Shown here one piece after another: positions 1 to 13,603 of a stretch of 64,000 nucleotides of DNA; the stretch's first letter is position 1; each line of letters starts with the position of its first letter. The stretch is taken from contig NW_026782231.1 of the NCBI RefSeq assembly GCF_031769215.1, positions 1,550,001 to 1,614,000 on the forward strand, given 5' to 3'. Below the pieces are notes generated by a model. That model did no database searches. It was not told the DNA's origin and saw only the letters and a program-made list of their open reading frames with translations. Source of the DNA: Ylistrum balloti. Taxonomy: Eukaryota. The translations under genes and the position numbers were made by a program.

Positions 1-635
1 GCAGATCATATCTTAGTAATTGTAGATCTGACTGACTTTAACCCTGATTCAATTGCTCTTACAGTACTGTACATACTCCAGAATATGTGGACAACTCCTG
101 TCCCACGGGGTTTCAATTCAACTGCTAAGTCAACACACTGTATCTAGAATCAAGTCAAAAATGCAGTCGCCCAGTATAATACAATCATTGAGACGTATCC
201 TATCCCATTGAGAACCCATAATAAACCGTGACTGAGGACTAGCTGGGAAGATGCTTGACAATATGTGACACCTATCTTCCTGGTAACTTTCTACATGTTA
301 GACATATACCTAAAACTTAGCATAAGATAGTCCCATGATGTCAGGTTAGCTGGAGATTTATTACCTATCCACAAATAGAATGTTCCTACATGACAATCAA
401 GGTGTTCATTACCTGAAAGTAAAAAGACTGTTCCAAACTATCATAAAAGGGAGTCAACTTTTCCTTACACTCTAGGGACTAGTATGCTGTGTGAAAACTG
501 ACATACAAGGGATTTGTTCTGAGAAACACAACCGACTTTCCATACCAACATACAAAGGGTTAATCTGGGCTTCCCAAAAACTGAAAGGACTATATTTAGT
601 AATAGCATACAAGAAGTTTGTTCTGACTTTCCAAA

Positions 636-925
636 AACTCAATGGACCCTTCCATAATAACATACAAAGGGTTTGTTCAGACTTCCCCAAATCTCAATGG
701 ACCATTCCATAATAACATACAAAGGGTTTGTTCAGACTTCCCCAAATCTCAATGGACCATTCCATAATAACATACAAAGGGTTTGTTCAGACTTCCCCAA
801 ATCTCAATGGACCTTCCATAATAACATACAAAGGGTTTGTTCAGACTTCCCCAAATCTCAATGGACCATTCCATAATAACATACAAAGGGTTTGTTCAGA
901 CTTCCCCAAATCTCAATGGACAATT
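636..925. repeat. Minisatellite, 55-bp unit, about 5 core copies with degenerate copies back to about 495
   Basis: Unit catacaaagggtttgttcagacttccccaaatctcaatggaccattccataataa starts at 661, 716 and 771 (55-bp spacing). Confidence 0.95.
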
Positions 926-2375
926 CCAAAATTGACATACAAGGGGTTTATTCCCAGCATGATAGAATCAATTTGAGACTAAATACATGATATGTTGATA
1001 TGATAAAGTACATACACTTGAGAACAGATATCTATTGATTCTGTAACAGATACATAAGTAAGAACAAGATTTATACTACAATTGAGCCATCATGGTCTAC
1101 ACAGCTGCTGAACAGTCAGGAGTTAAGCATACTTCAGATTTTTTAAGACATGAACAGCATGTCTTGTGACCAATAATAGAAATAGGCAGGTCACATTCCT
1201 ACAGGCTGTATAAACTATTGGAGAGTTGTGTACAGGGTCATCTACATCTTTTAGACTGATAAACAGATGACAAACTACAACTTCCCAGGACAGTGAAGAC
1301 AGAAGTAAGGATGTCATTTTCCCCACAGAGAAGTGTAATACAGAAGATGTACATGATTTGATGTGTTGAAGTCATCACTTTTTACACAGATTACAACACT
1401 AGTAAACATATCTAGAAAATGCCGCCATTTGATAAAACACCTATTCAAGAAGAAAAACACATTTGCAATCCAAATCCTTATAGAATAATGATGTTCAACT
1501 AAGTGATGCATGTAAACAATGTATTTTTTATCCTTATGTAAATATACATATTTATAAAGGTATGATATTACATTGACAGACAAGAGAATGTTAAAACAAT
1601 TCCATCTATTTCTTGTATAGATGTAAGGGTTAATTATCTTAAACCACCTATACAGAGATTCTGAAGCAACAAGTTCTAACTCAAAGTAAAGGGTGGGCTT
1701 ATTGCATGGCAGTGAAACAGCAACTGTTTATAATTCTTTAAAACACTAATACATGGGATACCTATATAAATAAGATGCCTTCATTCACTACTCTTTCAAA
1801 TCTGCCATAAATATTTCTATATATCACAAAACATATTTGACAGGTTCCCTATATATCCTGAACGTTAGGGTTAAGCTTGCTGTTGTGTTTAGCCAGGTGT
1901 AACACTACTCTAGAATCTATGATAGGGTAACAGCTACAACAATCAACAATTTTACACCTCAGCTAACAAAATGGAGACTCTAAGCATGCTCCTTTGGTTT
2001 CCTTCCACTTCACAGAACATCATGGAAGACTAAAAATGCCTTCTAAACTAGTGTGATTATAGGGCTACTTCAGAGGTGGAGTTGAACTTACTAACCTTTC
2101 AATTAATCTTACAAATACTGATTTAGGAAAAGTCTGTCACAAATGACAAATATTGTACCGCAGTAACAACACTGCATTTTCACTTTAGACATTTTATAAA
2201 TCTAGACACAATGGCTTTGTACTTTTTCCCAACTCAATGATCCATATCCTCAAAAACAAAGTCATATATTTTTTTCTTGAATAACATTTTGTATACTTCA
2301 TGGACTGTGAACAATTCTTCTAAAGAACGTTTCAATACATCCATCTACAAGGACCAACCTGGTGGGAGGTTCATG

Positions 2376-2765
2376 CTAAGCCCCTGTACATATTGTTAAC
2401 AATATATTAAAGCTAAGCTCCTGTACATATTGTTAACAATATCTTAAAGCTAAGCCCATGTACATATATATCTTAAAGCTAAGCCCCTGTACATATTAAC
2501 AATATCTTAATGCTAAGCCCCTGTACATATTGTTAACAATATCTTAAAGCTAAGCCCCTGTACATATTGTTAACAATATCTTAATGCTAAGCCCCTGTAC
2601 ATATTGTTAACAATATCTTAAAGCTAAGCCCCTGTACAGATTGTTAACAATATCTTAAAGCTAAGCCCCTGTACAGATTGTTAACAATATCTTAAAGCTA
2701 AGCCCATGTACATATATATCTTAAAGCTAAGCCCCTGTACATATTAACAATATCTTAATGCTAAG
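2376..2765. repeat. Minisatellite, 37-bp unit, about 10 copies
   Basis: Unit aagctaagcccctgtacatattgttaacaatatctta; ctgtac at 2521 and 2558; shortened variants recur near 2452 and 2700. Confidence 0.95.
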
Positions 2766-3140
2766 CATTTGAATTTTATGAACTAAGTAAGAAGATGCTT
2801 TAATATTTTGGAAATGAGTTTAAGGACTTGACATTATAAATCCTACAAAAACTACTGAGTTTAGATAATATAAAAACATCATAGTGCAATCCACTTCTCT
2901 CTACTTTTATAATGGTATTTAAATCTATCAATGTCTGCTAATTTTTCACAATCACAGAAATCACCCAGAAATATGTTTTCCAATATATATCATCAACCGT
3001 TGAACTCAGTAAATTCACCTTGAACTTGTTGTGTTTAAGTATAATGGGACAATGTGTATAGTAAGATCATCACACATTTAGTTATTTTCCACATAACTTC
3101 CACTCATGGCTATGAAGCTTGCAACACTACATGCCAAGTA

Positions 3141-3370
3141 AACTAGAATTCCAAAGATTTCTGCAGTGACACCTGTCACCACTGTTAGCGCCACAGGGAA
3201 CAGTCAAATAACTCCAAATAGCTTTTAACATGCATATAATACCAGTTACAAGAGCTATGGAAAACGATCATTAAGTTGCTATGGGTATCACTTCCTTAGG
3301 GAATCTCCACACCCTGGTGTATCATTTTAATCCAATTCTTGAATCGTGATAACTCTGGGAGAAAAGTTCT
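3141..3370 (+). mobile_element. Possible decayed non-autonomous Helentron-associated (HINE-like) element fragment
   Basis: Starts aaactagaat, followed by the hairpin gtgaca-cc-tgtcac; resembles bivalve HINE 5' ends from memory; no 3' hairpin or GACG microsatellite found. Confidence 0.3.
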
Positions 3371-4197
3371 ATTTTCAATATTTTTCTTCTAGCTAATTAA
3401 TTTGCATAAGTGTCTTTGTCACACCTGCTTCAAAATACAGAAGGGTATTAGGGTTCAGTAAGGACAATTTTTTAAAAGTTATAACTACAAAAAAAAATTC
3501 AATTTCTATCAAACTCATTCAAAACATGACACTTATGAATTTTTACACCATCTCCTGCATTTTGTTTCGCAGAGCATTCCATCCAGCACAGGAAATACAT
3601 TCAGATGACAGCACACAGCTATGTGTGTTATGTAAGAGGATAGCTGTCTCAGCACGAGGAACTCTAATTATCTTAGTAATGCTGAGTCCATGCCATACAC
3701 ACATTTATGATATTCTGTTTGTATCATTGCGTAACTGTAGAGTCACTTTGCCATATGTAACACTTCCATAGATTCTGTTATGAAATTACAGTTTGAAGAA
3801 ATTCAACTGTACTGTGAAAACAATCTATTTTTAGAAATGCAGATGTCTTGCACACATAAAAAAATATAATTGTTGGCACCTGTTGGCCAACACTGTGAAT
3901 TAGATAACTGACTGCCGATGATCACATATATCTACCACATAGCTATGTCATAAATCCATGCTGAGTCTAAAAGACAGGTGTAGAGTGCCGTTATTATAAT
4001 AACGTTACCAGATGTACAGATATTACTATCACCACACTTTGATATTGGGGCTCTATGGCCTAATGTACTTATACACAAGCATGGTCCTTCTGGAGAGTCA
4101 AAGGCTCCCAATATATCTATATCATCTGTCATCCTACGTGAATCACAGAGCCTAATATATATGCACACAAGTGAAAAACAGGGCCACTGTTAAATAC

Positions 4198-4436
4198 AGG
4201 GACCCAATATACCATCTACACAGTCCCTTCTGGTAAAACACACGGGCCCAATATACCATCTTCACGGTCCCTTCAGGTAAAACACACGGGCCCAATATAC
4301 CATCTACACAGTCCCTTCAGGTAAAACACACGGGCCCAATATACCCATCTACACAGTCCCTTCAGGTAAAATACACGGGCCCAATATACCATCTACACAG
4401 TCCCTTCAGGTAAAACACACAGGCCTAATATACCAC
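4198..4436. repeat. Minisatellite, 44-bp unit, about 5 copies
   Basis: Unit gggcccaatataccatctacacagtcccttcaggtaaaacacac; ggg at 4244 and 4288. Confidence 0.95.
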
Positions 4437-5170
4437 TACATATGCTCCTTCTAAGTGAAACAAAGGGAACCACATACTTATACACAAATAGCTGTTCTTC
4501 TATTTGAGAGACACAGGGGCCTTATATACTGAAACACACATCTGACACTTTCTAAGAAAGGCATTGGCCCAATATATCTATACAAACATAAGTTCTTCAG
4601 CTGTAAAAACAGATATGTGTTTTTTTTACATAATGGGGAATTCAATCTAAAAATAGACCAAAAATACAAGGTTTCTAAATTACACTAGTACACTGACCTT
4701 GACCCTAACTTTAATCAGTGACAACATGACCTGTAGCCTATGTGACCTCAATTAAAAAATATCTTAAATCCTTTATTTATCAATTAAATTTCTGTCAAAC
4801 ATTGTTTTCCTGCTGTGTAATGTAAGATATTTCACCTACGCTGAGATATCTCTGATATGTAACTACCAATTGTATAGGCTCACGTGCTTGGTTAGATATA
4901 ATATCTGATATGATGTGGTAAAGACAGCTTAGAAGGAAGCTGTACACTCGTGATAACTTTCAGCCCAAGTGTTTGTGGCCCTCAGTACAATAGAACTCAT
5001 TATGTTTACCGGCAGCTTCAGATGACCTCTGTTGACCTCTGCTGTTTTAAGTAGTGCAGATTTTACATACAAAAGTCAGACATAACTACTACTTCATATC
5101 CTATTTATACTTTCATTGTGAAAAAAAATTCACATTATGAAAATACTTAACATAATACCTAAAAATACCT

Positions 5171-5946
5171 AAGCAAAATATGGACCAATCAAAATAGATC
5201 TATACCCAACAAGCAAAATATGGACCAATTAAAATAGATCTATACCCAACAAGCAAAACATGGACCAATCAAAATAGATCTATACCCAACAAGCAAAACA
5301 TGGACCAATCAAAATAGATCTATACCAAACAAGCAAAATATGGACCAATCAAAATAGATCTATACCAAACAAGCAAAACATGGACCAATCAAAATAGATC
5401 TATACCCAACAAGCAAAACATGGACCAATCAAAATAGATCTATACCCAACAAGCAAAATATGGATCAATCAAAATAGATCTATACCAAACAAGTAAAACA
5501 TGGACCAATCAAAATAGATCTATACCCAACAAGTAAAAAACATGGACCAATCAAAATAGATCTATACCCAACAAGCAAAATATGGATCAATCAAAATAGA
5601 TCTATACATGGACCAATCAAAATAGATCTATACCCAACAAGCAAAATATGGATCAATCAAAATAGATCTATACCAAACAAGCAAAACATGGACCAATCAA
5701 AATAGATCTATACCCAACAAGCAAAATATGGATCAATCAAAATAGATCTATACCAAACAAGCAAAACATGGACCAATCAAAATAGATCTATACCCAACAA
5801 GTAAAAAACATGGACCAATCAAAATAGATCTATACCCAACAAGTAAAAAACATGGACCAATCAAAATAGATCTATACCAAACAAGTAAAAAACATGGACC
5901 AATCAAAATAGATTTATACCAAACAAGTAAAAAACATGGACCAGTC
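5171..5946. repeat. Minisatellite, 40-bp unit (42-bp variants), about 19 copies
   Basis: Unit catggaccaatcaaaatagatctatacccaacaagcaaaa; tggacc at 5181 and 5221. Confidence 0.95.
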
Positions 5947-8900
5947 AAATCATTACTGCCATGTCATTTTACCATAGTGTTGTTATGACCGATTGAAAAC
6001 TCTTAAAACTCTATTCGAAAAATTTTAATATTTTCTGTTAAAGCAAAGTTTTTTTGTAAAATATGTGAAATTTTCTATACAAAACATTCTATTTAAATCC
6101 CTGTCCAGTGGACGAAGAGTCCAACTACTGCTTTGTGTGATTTCTACAGTAAGTGATTGTATAACAATGTCCTAACATGGGTCAGACAGTTACAAAAAAT
6201 TCCTTGATTTTGCTATCACTATAACTTCTCTGACTATACATCTATGTAAGTAATAACGTCATTGACCAGTCTCGTTCACATCCTTACTGGACAATAACGT
6301 GGTCGTTACTAACCAGACCCTATTTATATAACATTGAAAAGATGCTGTCTTTATCAAAATGGTTTTATAAAAAACATTAAGTTATAGACACACAGAGAAA
6401 GTAATGTCCAACAGTGTCCTATTACAGCTTAAGGAGTGTGTGACAGGACCCTACAGAGATCTGATGTCACCCCTGATACAAGTATGTACAACGCCAGTAT
6501 CATCTTACATACATACTCTCCTCCACAAGCAGCTGGTCTACTCCTCAATATGCTTTGTTAAATCATGCTGAAAATCAGTTCAACCAGCCCAGTAACATAT
6601 TTACCTAACACAATCGGTCTGTTTACAGTAAATAAAAGACTACTTACTACAAACCTATATGTACAACCAGTAGTTAGAAAACACCCAAGGAAGACTTTAA
6701 TATAAGTTACATAGATAACATATGGATAGAGTCCCATTATAACACCCTCCCCATGCAGGTTATCTTATCCTCTTAGAACTCTGTGATATTAGACACATGT
6801 CTAATTGATTTTTTTGTTAAACTACAGTACAAGTAAAATCTAGTGACACGATCTTTAAAGTACATTTGTAAAGTTCACCAACAGCAAATCTTCAAATTAA
6901 TCTACGACAATTATAGATTACAATTGTAACTTGGTCCAGCTAAGGGTCCCCCCAACACTGGACAAGATCACACAAACAGAATTAGCCTAACCATTCTCCC
7001 CTGTTGTTTGGTAACAAATATTTTAGTGTTAGCCGTGTTTATTTGTCCCCTCATTTATCAGGTGCTAGCAGACACGTCCCTCAGACCCTATTTTCATTAG
7101 CGACCTTCTAACATTATTAGCCGAATTAGTTAGCATCCAAAGCCCAGTGAATGGATGCCTTTCGATTCTCTGCTTTTCTGTATGTTAACTCAGACCATCT
7201 TTGGCATTGATCTCCAACATTCTCCTGCTGCGACCAAGTCCACGCTATCCGACGTCCAACTCCATGAAATAAGTGAGTCTCGGAGAAAAATTAAATATTT
7301 ACCGATTCCAAACGTGTCGCTCATCCCCGGAGGTGTCTGTTGTAAAAATCCAATTACAGGTCTGCAGTAACTTCCAAGTGACATAACATGTCCGGTATGT
7401 GATGCCCGCAGTATGTGATGCCCGCGGATTCCCTCTACCTGAGAGCACTGTCCGTTATAATTGTTCCTTATTAATCCAAGGCATTGGTATAAACTGCACC
7501 CAATACAAAGCTTCCATCAATGTCAAGACCTATTATTTCACTGCTCTCCTATAACCTATCATTTCCCAGCTTGATCTTCATCTTTAATGACAAAGTGTCA
7601 TTTGCGATTACAATTCTACCTTGTCTGTCTCGGCAATAGGCAGTGGTTGTGATCCTCTTACCATAACAGAGGGTTGACAAACATACAGACATGCCAGCTA
7701 CTGCCGTACATATGTGTGTGTACCATAATTATCTCAATAAACACCATCCCTACGGCTTTATATGTACATATATGTGTTACAAATATCCCCAGAATCAACA
7801 TCCCAACAGTTGTACACATATATGTGTTTGTACCATAAATATCTCCATAACTACCCCACCTATTAGCAGAGTGCACATTCTTATGTATATACCGTAAATA
7901 TCTCAAATAACACTATGCCTGTATAGCTAAGAGATGACTGTACACAAACAACTTACATACTTGCCTTGTGTCACAGTATGTACCAAATTTGATTTATAAT
8001 GTAAGGTTATGTATATTTATTGAAATTTTTTTTGGTAAATAGAAGATATTGGTAAACAATTCTAAAAAAAGCATCAAGATGTATTCAACATTTTTCAAAA
8101 TGTTAAATGAACAACACATTTTGAATTTGAAATCTACATTTAACACTGAAAGTTATTTAAAACATTTTATAAAGGTATACCTTTAAATATGTCACACAAG
8201 AAAGCAGAACTTCATGACATTATGATACACCTAACCAAGTTTTAAAGATTTGGTGATTGAGATCAGCAAGGAAGATTCAAATTTTTTGGAGGAGGGAGGG
8301 GGTGGGACAGTTTCAAAGAAATCTGTTGAAAAAGGAGCAAGGAGGTTGTTAAATAAAACTACTTACTATGAACCAATAAACAGCGCTTAAACATATTACT
8401 CCTGTCACAATCTGATGGAGATATAAAATAGTGATAATACAATTGACAAAACAAATCTACTCTTAGTTTAAAACAATGTTAATTTTACCAGAAATCCCCT
8501 AAAATCATCCCTGTCAATCAATAAAGAGGAAGACTGTGGTTGCATATACCTATAATGATTAAAGAACCGGGACATGTAATATCTAGGTCAGTTAGAAACA
8601 CCTACCTGTAATTAGACAAGAAAGCCGTGAAACGTAGAAACAGAAATTTCAAACAAGTACCTCGTATTACTCAGAATGAACAAGGAGCTACTACCAGAAA
8701 TCTCCTCCAACACATGATTACCTATCAAATTACAGGATCTGTTACCCTAATCTCCAACAAGATCAGAGGAGGTTACTTAGTTATAGACACTAGCTCCTTC
8801 TGTGGCCTTTACTCAAGGTAGTATACCTTATGTCTGAGAATTAACACAAACATTTACCTTTTTCTGGTCTTGTCACACCTTAAATTTAATCACGCAGAAT

Positions 8901-11171
8901 TTACCTGTTACCTGTAAGATATAGCGGGTAAGATATATACACATGTACACAGCTGCTATTTTTAGCGCTCGCTTCATTCATTCAGGGAATATGTTCAGTC
9001 AGTGCCTGCTGTTTTTTAAATTCACACATTAGTTCATTCATAAATGTTTCGTCATAGTTGGAAATATATTCTGTTACTTTGTTACAATTAACATAACAAA
9101 GTATATATGGAAATGAATATCTATAATGAACAAGTTAAACAGGTTTCCTACTAGTATTCATTACATGATAATTAAACCAACAAACTGATGTAACTGTATA
9201 AACAGTATATCCAATATGTCACTATGTATTTATTAAATTCTAATGTTAGAAATAGTTTCAAAGTTTATGCAACATACTTCTTATAAAATGTTTATTTCTA
9301 CAGGAAGAGCAGACCCTGTGATGGAAGATGTCCCTAAAAACCTACAGAATTAAAGAGATTCATGTGAGAGGTAGTAGCAGTCCATTATAATCATACTAAC
9401 AAATGATGTACCTTTAATAACGAACACCTAATATTTCCATATCTTTACCTTTAATTGCCACCATATAGACATATATTTCAATCTGATCTACTTTATTCCT
9501 TGATTACAACCGAGACATGAATATTTATAACATCATAAATTCAGAATATGTCTTTGAAATTGTTATTATGAAAATATATTTGGATCATAAAACATAATAC
9601 ACTTAGAAGTAAATGTCTAAAGTTGTAAAAATTGATACAAAAGTTCCTAGCATTCACTCCGTATCATACATGACTCGGTGTTCTATAGATAGTTTCCCGA
9701 ATTGGCTGACATGATCAAGCAGGCAAAGCCAAGTTGTATTCCCATAATACCCACTTACGCAACACAACGGTAAAAAACAGTCGACAAAAGAGATGGTCTA
9801 CTGTGTAATTTCTTCACATGTAAGTACTAAGTTGCCGGTAAATTAGACAAGAAAACAAACTTCCAAACAACCTGTGTAATCTCCATTCTTCTACCCAGTG
9901 GTGCCAGTATACTATCAACATGGCTGGCCACATCACTACCCTGTGGTGCCAGTATACTATCAAAATGGCTGGCCATTTTACTATCAATAAATCAATGTTG
10001 TATGAAAGAACTGGGAATCCAAGCAGTGCTTAATCATTCCTTCAAAGAGGATATGTATGGATTTTTAACATTAATACACAGTTTTTTTGAGATGTTTTAA
10101 GTAAAATCCTTTTAAGTGTGTGATTTAATATATAAATGACATTTATGTTGACATACTGAACACGCATGTTTACATTACTTTGGATAGTCTATCATGATTT
10201 CTGTGAAAAAGTTGCCAACAGCAATCTTTATCAATACAGCTTTCATAAGAATAACTATGGCTGCAAATGATAACATATTTAAGTAATCTGATTTCCCCTT
10301 GCCTGGTACCAGTGAGGTGCCACTACCCCCAGACCTTCTATCAAGAACCATCATTTTTATATGCAAACAGCTGTGGTCATCATAATCATACAGCTCCGCA
10401 AATGTTATTCAAATTTTCTCAAACTTTGGCAGAATCTCTCATAAACCACAAGATATACAACCAGTCTGCAACACTTGTAATCAATAATCTGCAGCTGTTT
10501 CGATGGAAAAAAAAACTTCTGATATAAAGACTTTAAGTTCAGAACCATGTCTATAATAAGGAGCCTTCATCTGTAGCCAGCATGGTCAAATGTCATAATA
10601 TATAACAATTTCAATAAAACTGATATTGTAGGATTTTCACAATCAGCAGTCTGTAACTCCAGCCCCTTCCCACCCCACCCAACCCTTACCCAAATCTGGT
10701 ACTTAACTTTTATGAATTCCTACCAAATTTACTTCACATTCACAAGTCTGTACCAAGTCCAACCCCACCACCAAATTCAACTTTTGTGAATTTGTAAGAA
10801 TTTTATTTAAAGGATTTTACTTTAAAAATTGTGTTAAATGATTTTCTATTGACTACAGTTTAGAGTAAACATCTCCCCGTCCTACACACCTACAACACAG
10901 CTACATCCCTCTCCTCCCCATCATGTTGAAACTTTTATGATTTCCTACAGATTTGAACTGAGCAGTTACGAGTTTTATTACCCCACCCCCCTCCCCAGCT
11001 GCTGCTAGTGATCTGTAAAGTTAGTACAGGGATATTTATAGAACCTGACAGATATATATAAGGAGGCCCTGTATTCCTTGTGATTACAGACAACTCCCAA
11101 TGTGAAATGATAAGTATACAAGATATGGACAAAACAGATCTACTGACTGCAGTCTAACAATATCACTCCTT

Positions 11172-12904
11172 AAAACCTATGTGTGTGAGAATTAAAACCT
11201 ATGAGTGTGAGAATTAAAGCCTATGTGTGTGAGAATTAAAACCTATGTGTGTGAGAATTAAAACCTATGTGTGTGAGAATTAAAACCTATGAGTGTGAGA
11301 ATTCAAACCTATGTGTGTGAGAATTAAAACCTATGATATGAGAATTAAAACCTATGTGTGTGAGAATTAAAACCTATGTGTGTGAGAATTAAAACCTATG
11401 TGTGTGAGAATTAAAACCTATGTGTGTGAGAATTAAAACCTGTGTATGAGAATTAAAACCTATGAGTGTGAGAATTAAAACCTATGAGTGTGAGAATTAA
11501 AACCTATGTGTGTGAGAATTAAAACCTATGAGTGTGAGAATTAAAACCTATGTGTGTGAGAATTATATGTGTGTGAGAATTAAAACCTATGTGTGTGAGA
11601 ATTAAAACCTATGTGTGTGAGAATTAAAACCTATGTGTGTGAGAATTAAAACCTATGTGTGTGAGAATTAAAACATATGTGTGTGAGAATTCAAACCTAT
11701 GTGTATGAGAATTAAAACCTATGTGTGTGAGAATTAAAACCTATGTGTGTGAGAATTAAAACCTATGTGTGTGAGAATTAAAACCTATGTGTGTGAGAAT
11801 TAAAACATGTGTGTGAGAATTCAAACCTATGTGTATGAGAATTAAAACCTATGTGTGTGAGAATTAAAACCTATGTGTGTGAGAATTAAAACCTATGTGT
11901 GTGAGAATTAAAACCTATGTGTGTGAGAGTTCAAACCTATGTGTGTGAGAATTAAAACCTATGTGTGTGAGAATTAAAACCTATGTGTGTGAGAATTAAA
12001 ACATGTGTGTGAGAATTCAAACCTATGTGTATGAGAATTAAAACCTATGAGTGTGAGAATTAAAACCTATGTGTGTGAGAATTATGTGTGTGAGAATTAA
12101 AACCTATGTGTGTGAGAATTAAAACCTATGTGTGTGAGAATTAAAACCTATGTGTGTGAGAATTAAAACCTATGTGTGTGAGAATTAAAACATATGTGTG
12201 TGAGAATTCAAACCTATGTGTATGAGAATTAAAACCTATGTGTGTGAGAATTAAAACCTATGTGTGTGAGAATTAAAACCTATGTGTGTGAGAATTAAAA
12301 CCTATGTGTGTGAGAATTAAAACCTATGTGTATGAGAATTAAAACCTATGTGTGTGAGAATTAAAACTTATGTGTGTGAGAATTAAAACCTATGTGTGTG
12401 AGAATTAAAACCTATGTGTGTGAGAATTCAAACCTATGTGTGTGAGAATTAAAACCTATGTGTGTGAGAATTAAAACCTATGTGTGTGAGAATTAAAACA
12501 TGTGTGTGAGAATTCAAACCTATGTGTATGAGAATTAAAACCTATGAGTGTGAGAATTAAAACCTATGTGTGTGAGAATTAAAACCTATGTGTGTGAGAA
12601 TTAAAACCTATGTGTGTGAGAATTAAAACCTATGTTTGTGAGAATTAAAACATATGTGTGTGAGAATTAAAACCTATGTGTATGAGAATTAAAACCTATG
12701 TGTGTGAGAATTAAAACCTATGTGTGTGAGAATTAAAACCTATGTGTGTGAGAATTAAAACCTATGTGTGTGAGAATTCAAACCTATGTGTGTGAGAATT
12801 AAAACATATGTGTGTGAGAATTCAAACCTATGTGTATGAGAATTAAAACCTATGTGTGTGAGAATTAAAACCTATGTGTGTGAGAATTAAAACCTATGTG
12901 TGTG
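11172..12904. repeat. Minisatellite, 22-bp unit, about 79 copies
   Basis: Unit gagaattaaaacctatgtgtgt repeated for about 1.7 kb. Confidence 0.97.
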
Positions 12905-13122
12905 ATAATACAAACCTAGGAATCTAAGAATCATTCAAGCAATAAATGTCCTTAGAACCTATGTTGTTTGTGAGAATTGAAATCAGGTGTGTGAGAATTT
13001 GTTTATAACACTTTTCATTCTAATTTCATTCTGAAAATTACAAACACTCAAGAGATTATACCAAAACAACTACCACAAATCCTTTCACCATTCAAATGCA
13101 CACAATAATGGGCCTTCCACTG

Positions 13123-13603
13123 CAAATGACTAGTTCTGACCTTGACTTACAAATGACTAGTTCTGACCTTGACTTACTATTGACTAGTTCTGACCTTGAC
13201 TTACAAATGACTAGTTCTGACCTTGACTTACAAATGACTAGTTCTGACCTTGACTTACAAATGACTAGTTCTGACCTTGACTTACAAATGACTAGTTCTG
13301 ACCTTGACTTACTATTGACAAGTTCTGACCTTGACTTACAAATGACTAGTTCTGACCTTGACTTACAAATGACTAGTTCTGACCTTGACTTACAAATGAC
13401 TAGTTCTGACCTTGACTTACTATTGACAAGTTCTGACCTTGACTTACAAATGACTAGTTCTGACCTTGACTTACAAATGACTAGTTCTGACCTTGAATTA
13501 CTAATGACTAGTTCTGACCTTGACTTACAAATGACTAGTTCTGACCTTGAATTACTAATGACTAGTTCTGACCTTGACTTACTATTGACAAGTTTTGACC
13601 TTG
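13123..13603. repeat. Minisatellite, 27-bp unit, about 18 copies
   Basis: Unit caaatgactagttctgaccttgactta; the 9-codon period explains the 171/173-aa repetitive ORFs on both strands. Confidence 0.97.
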
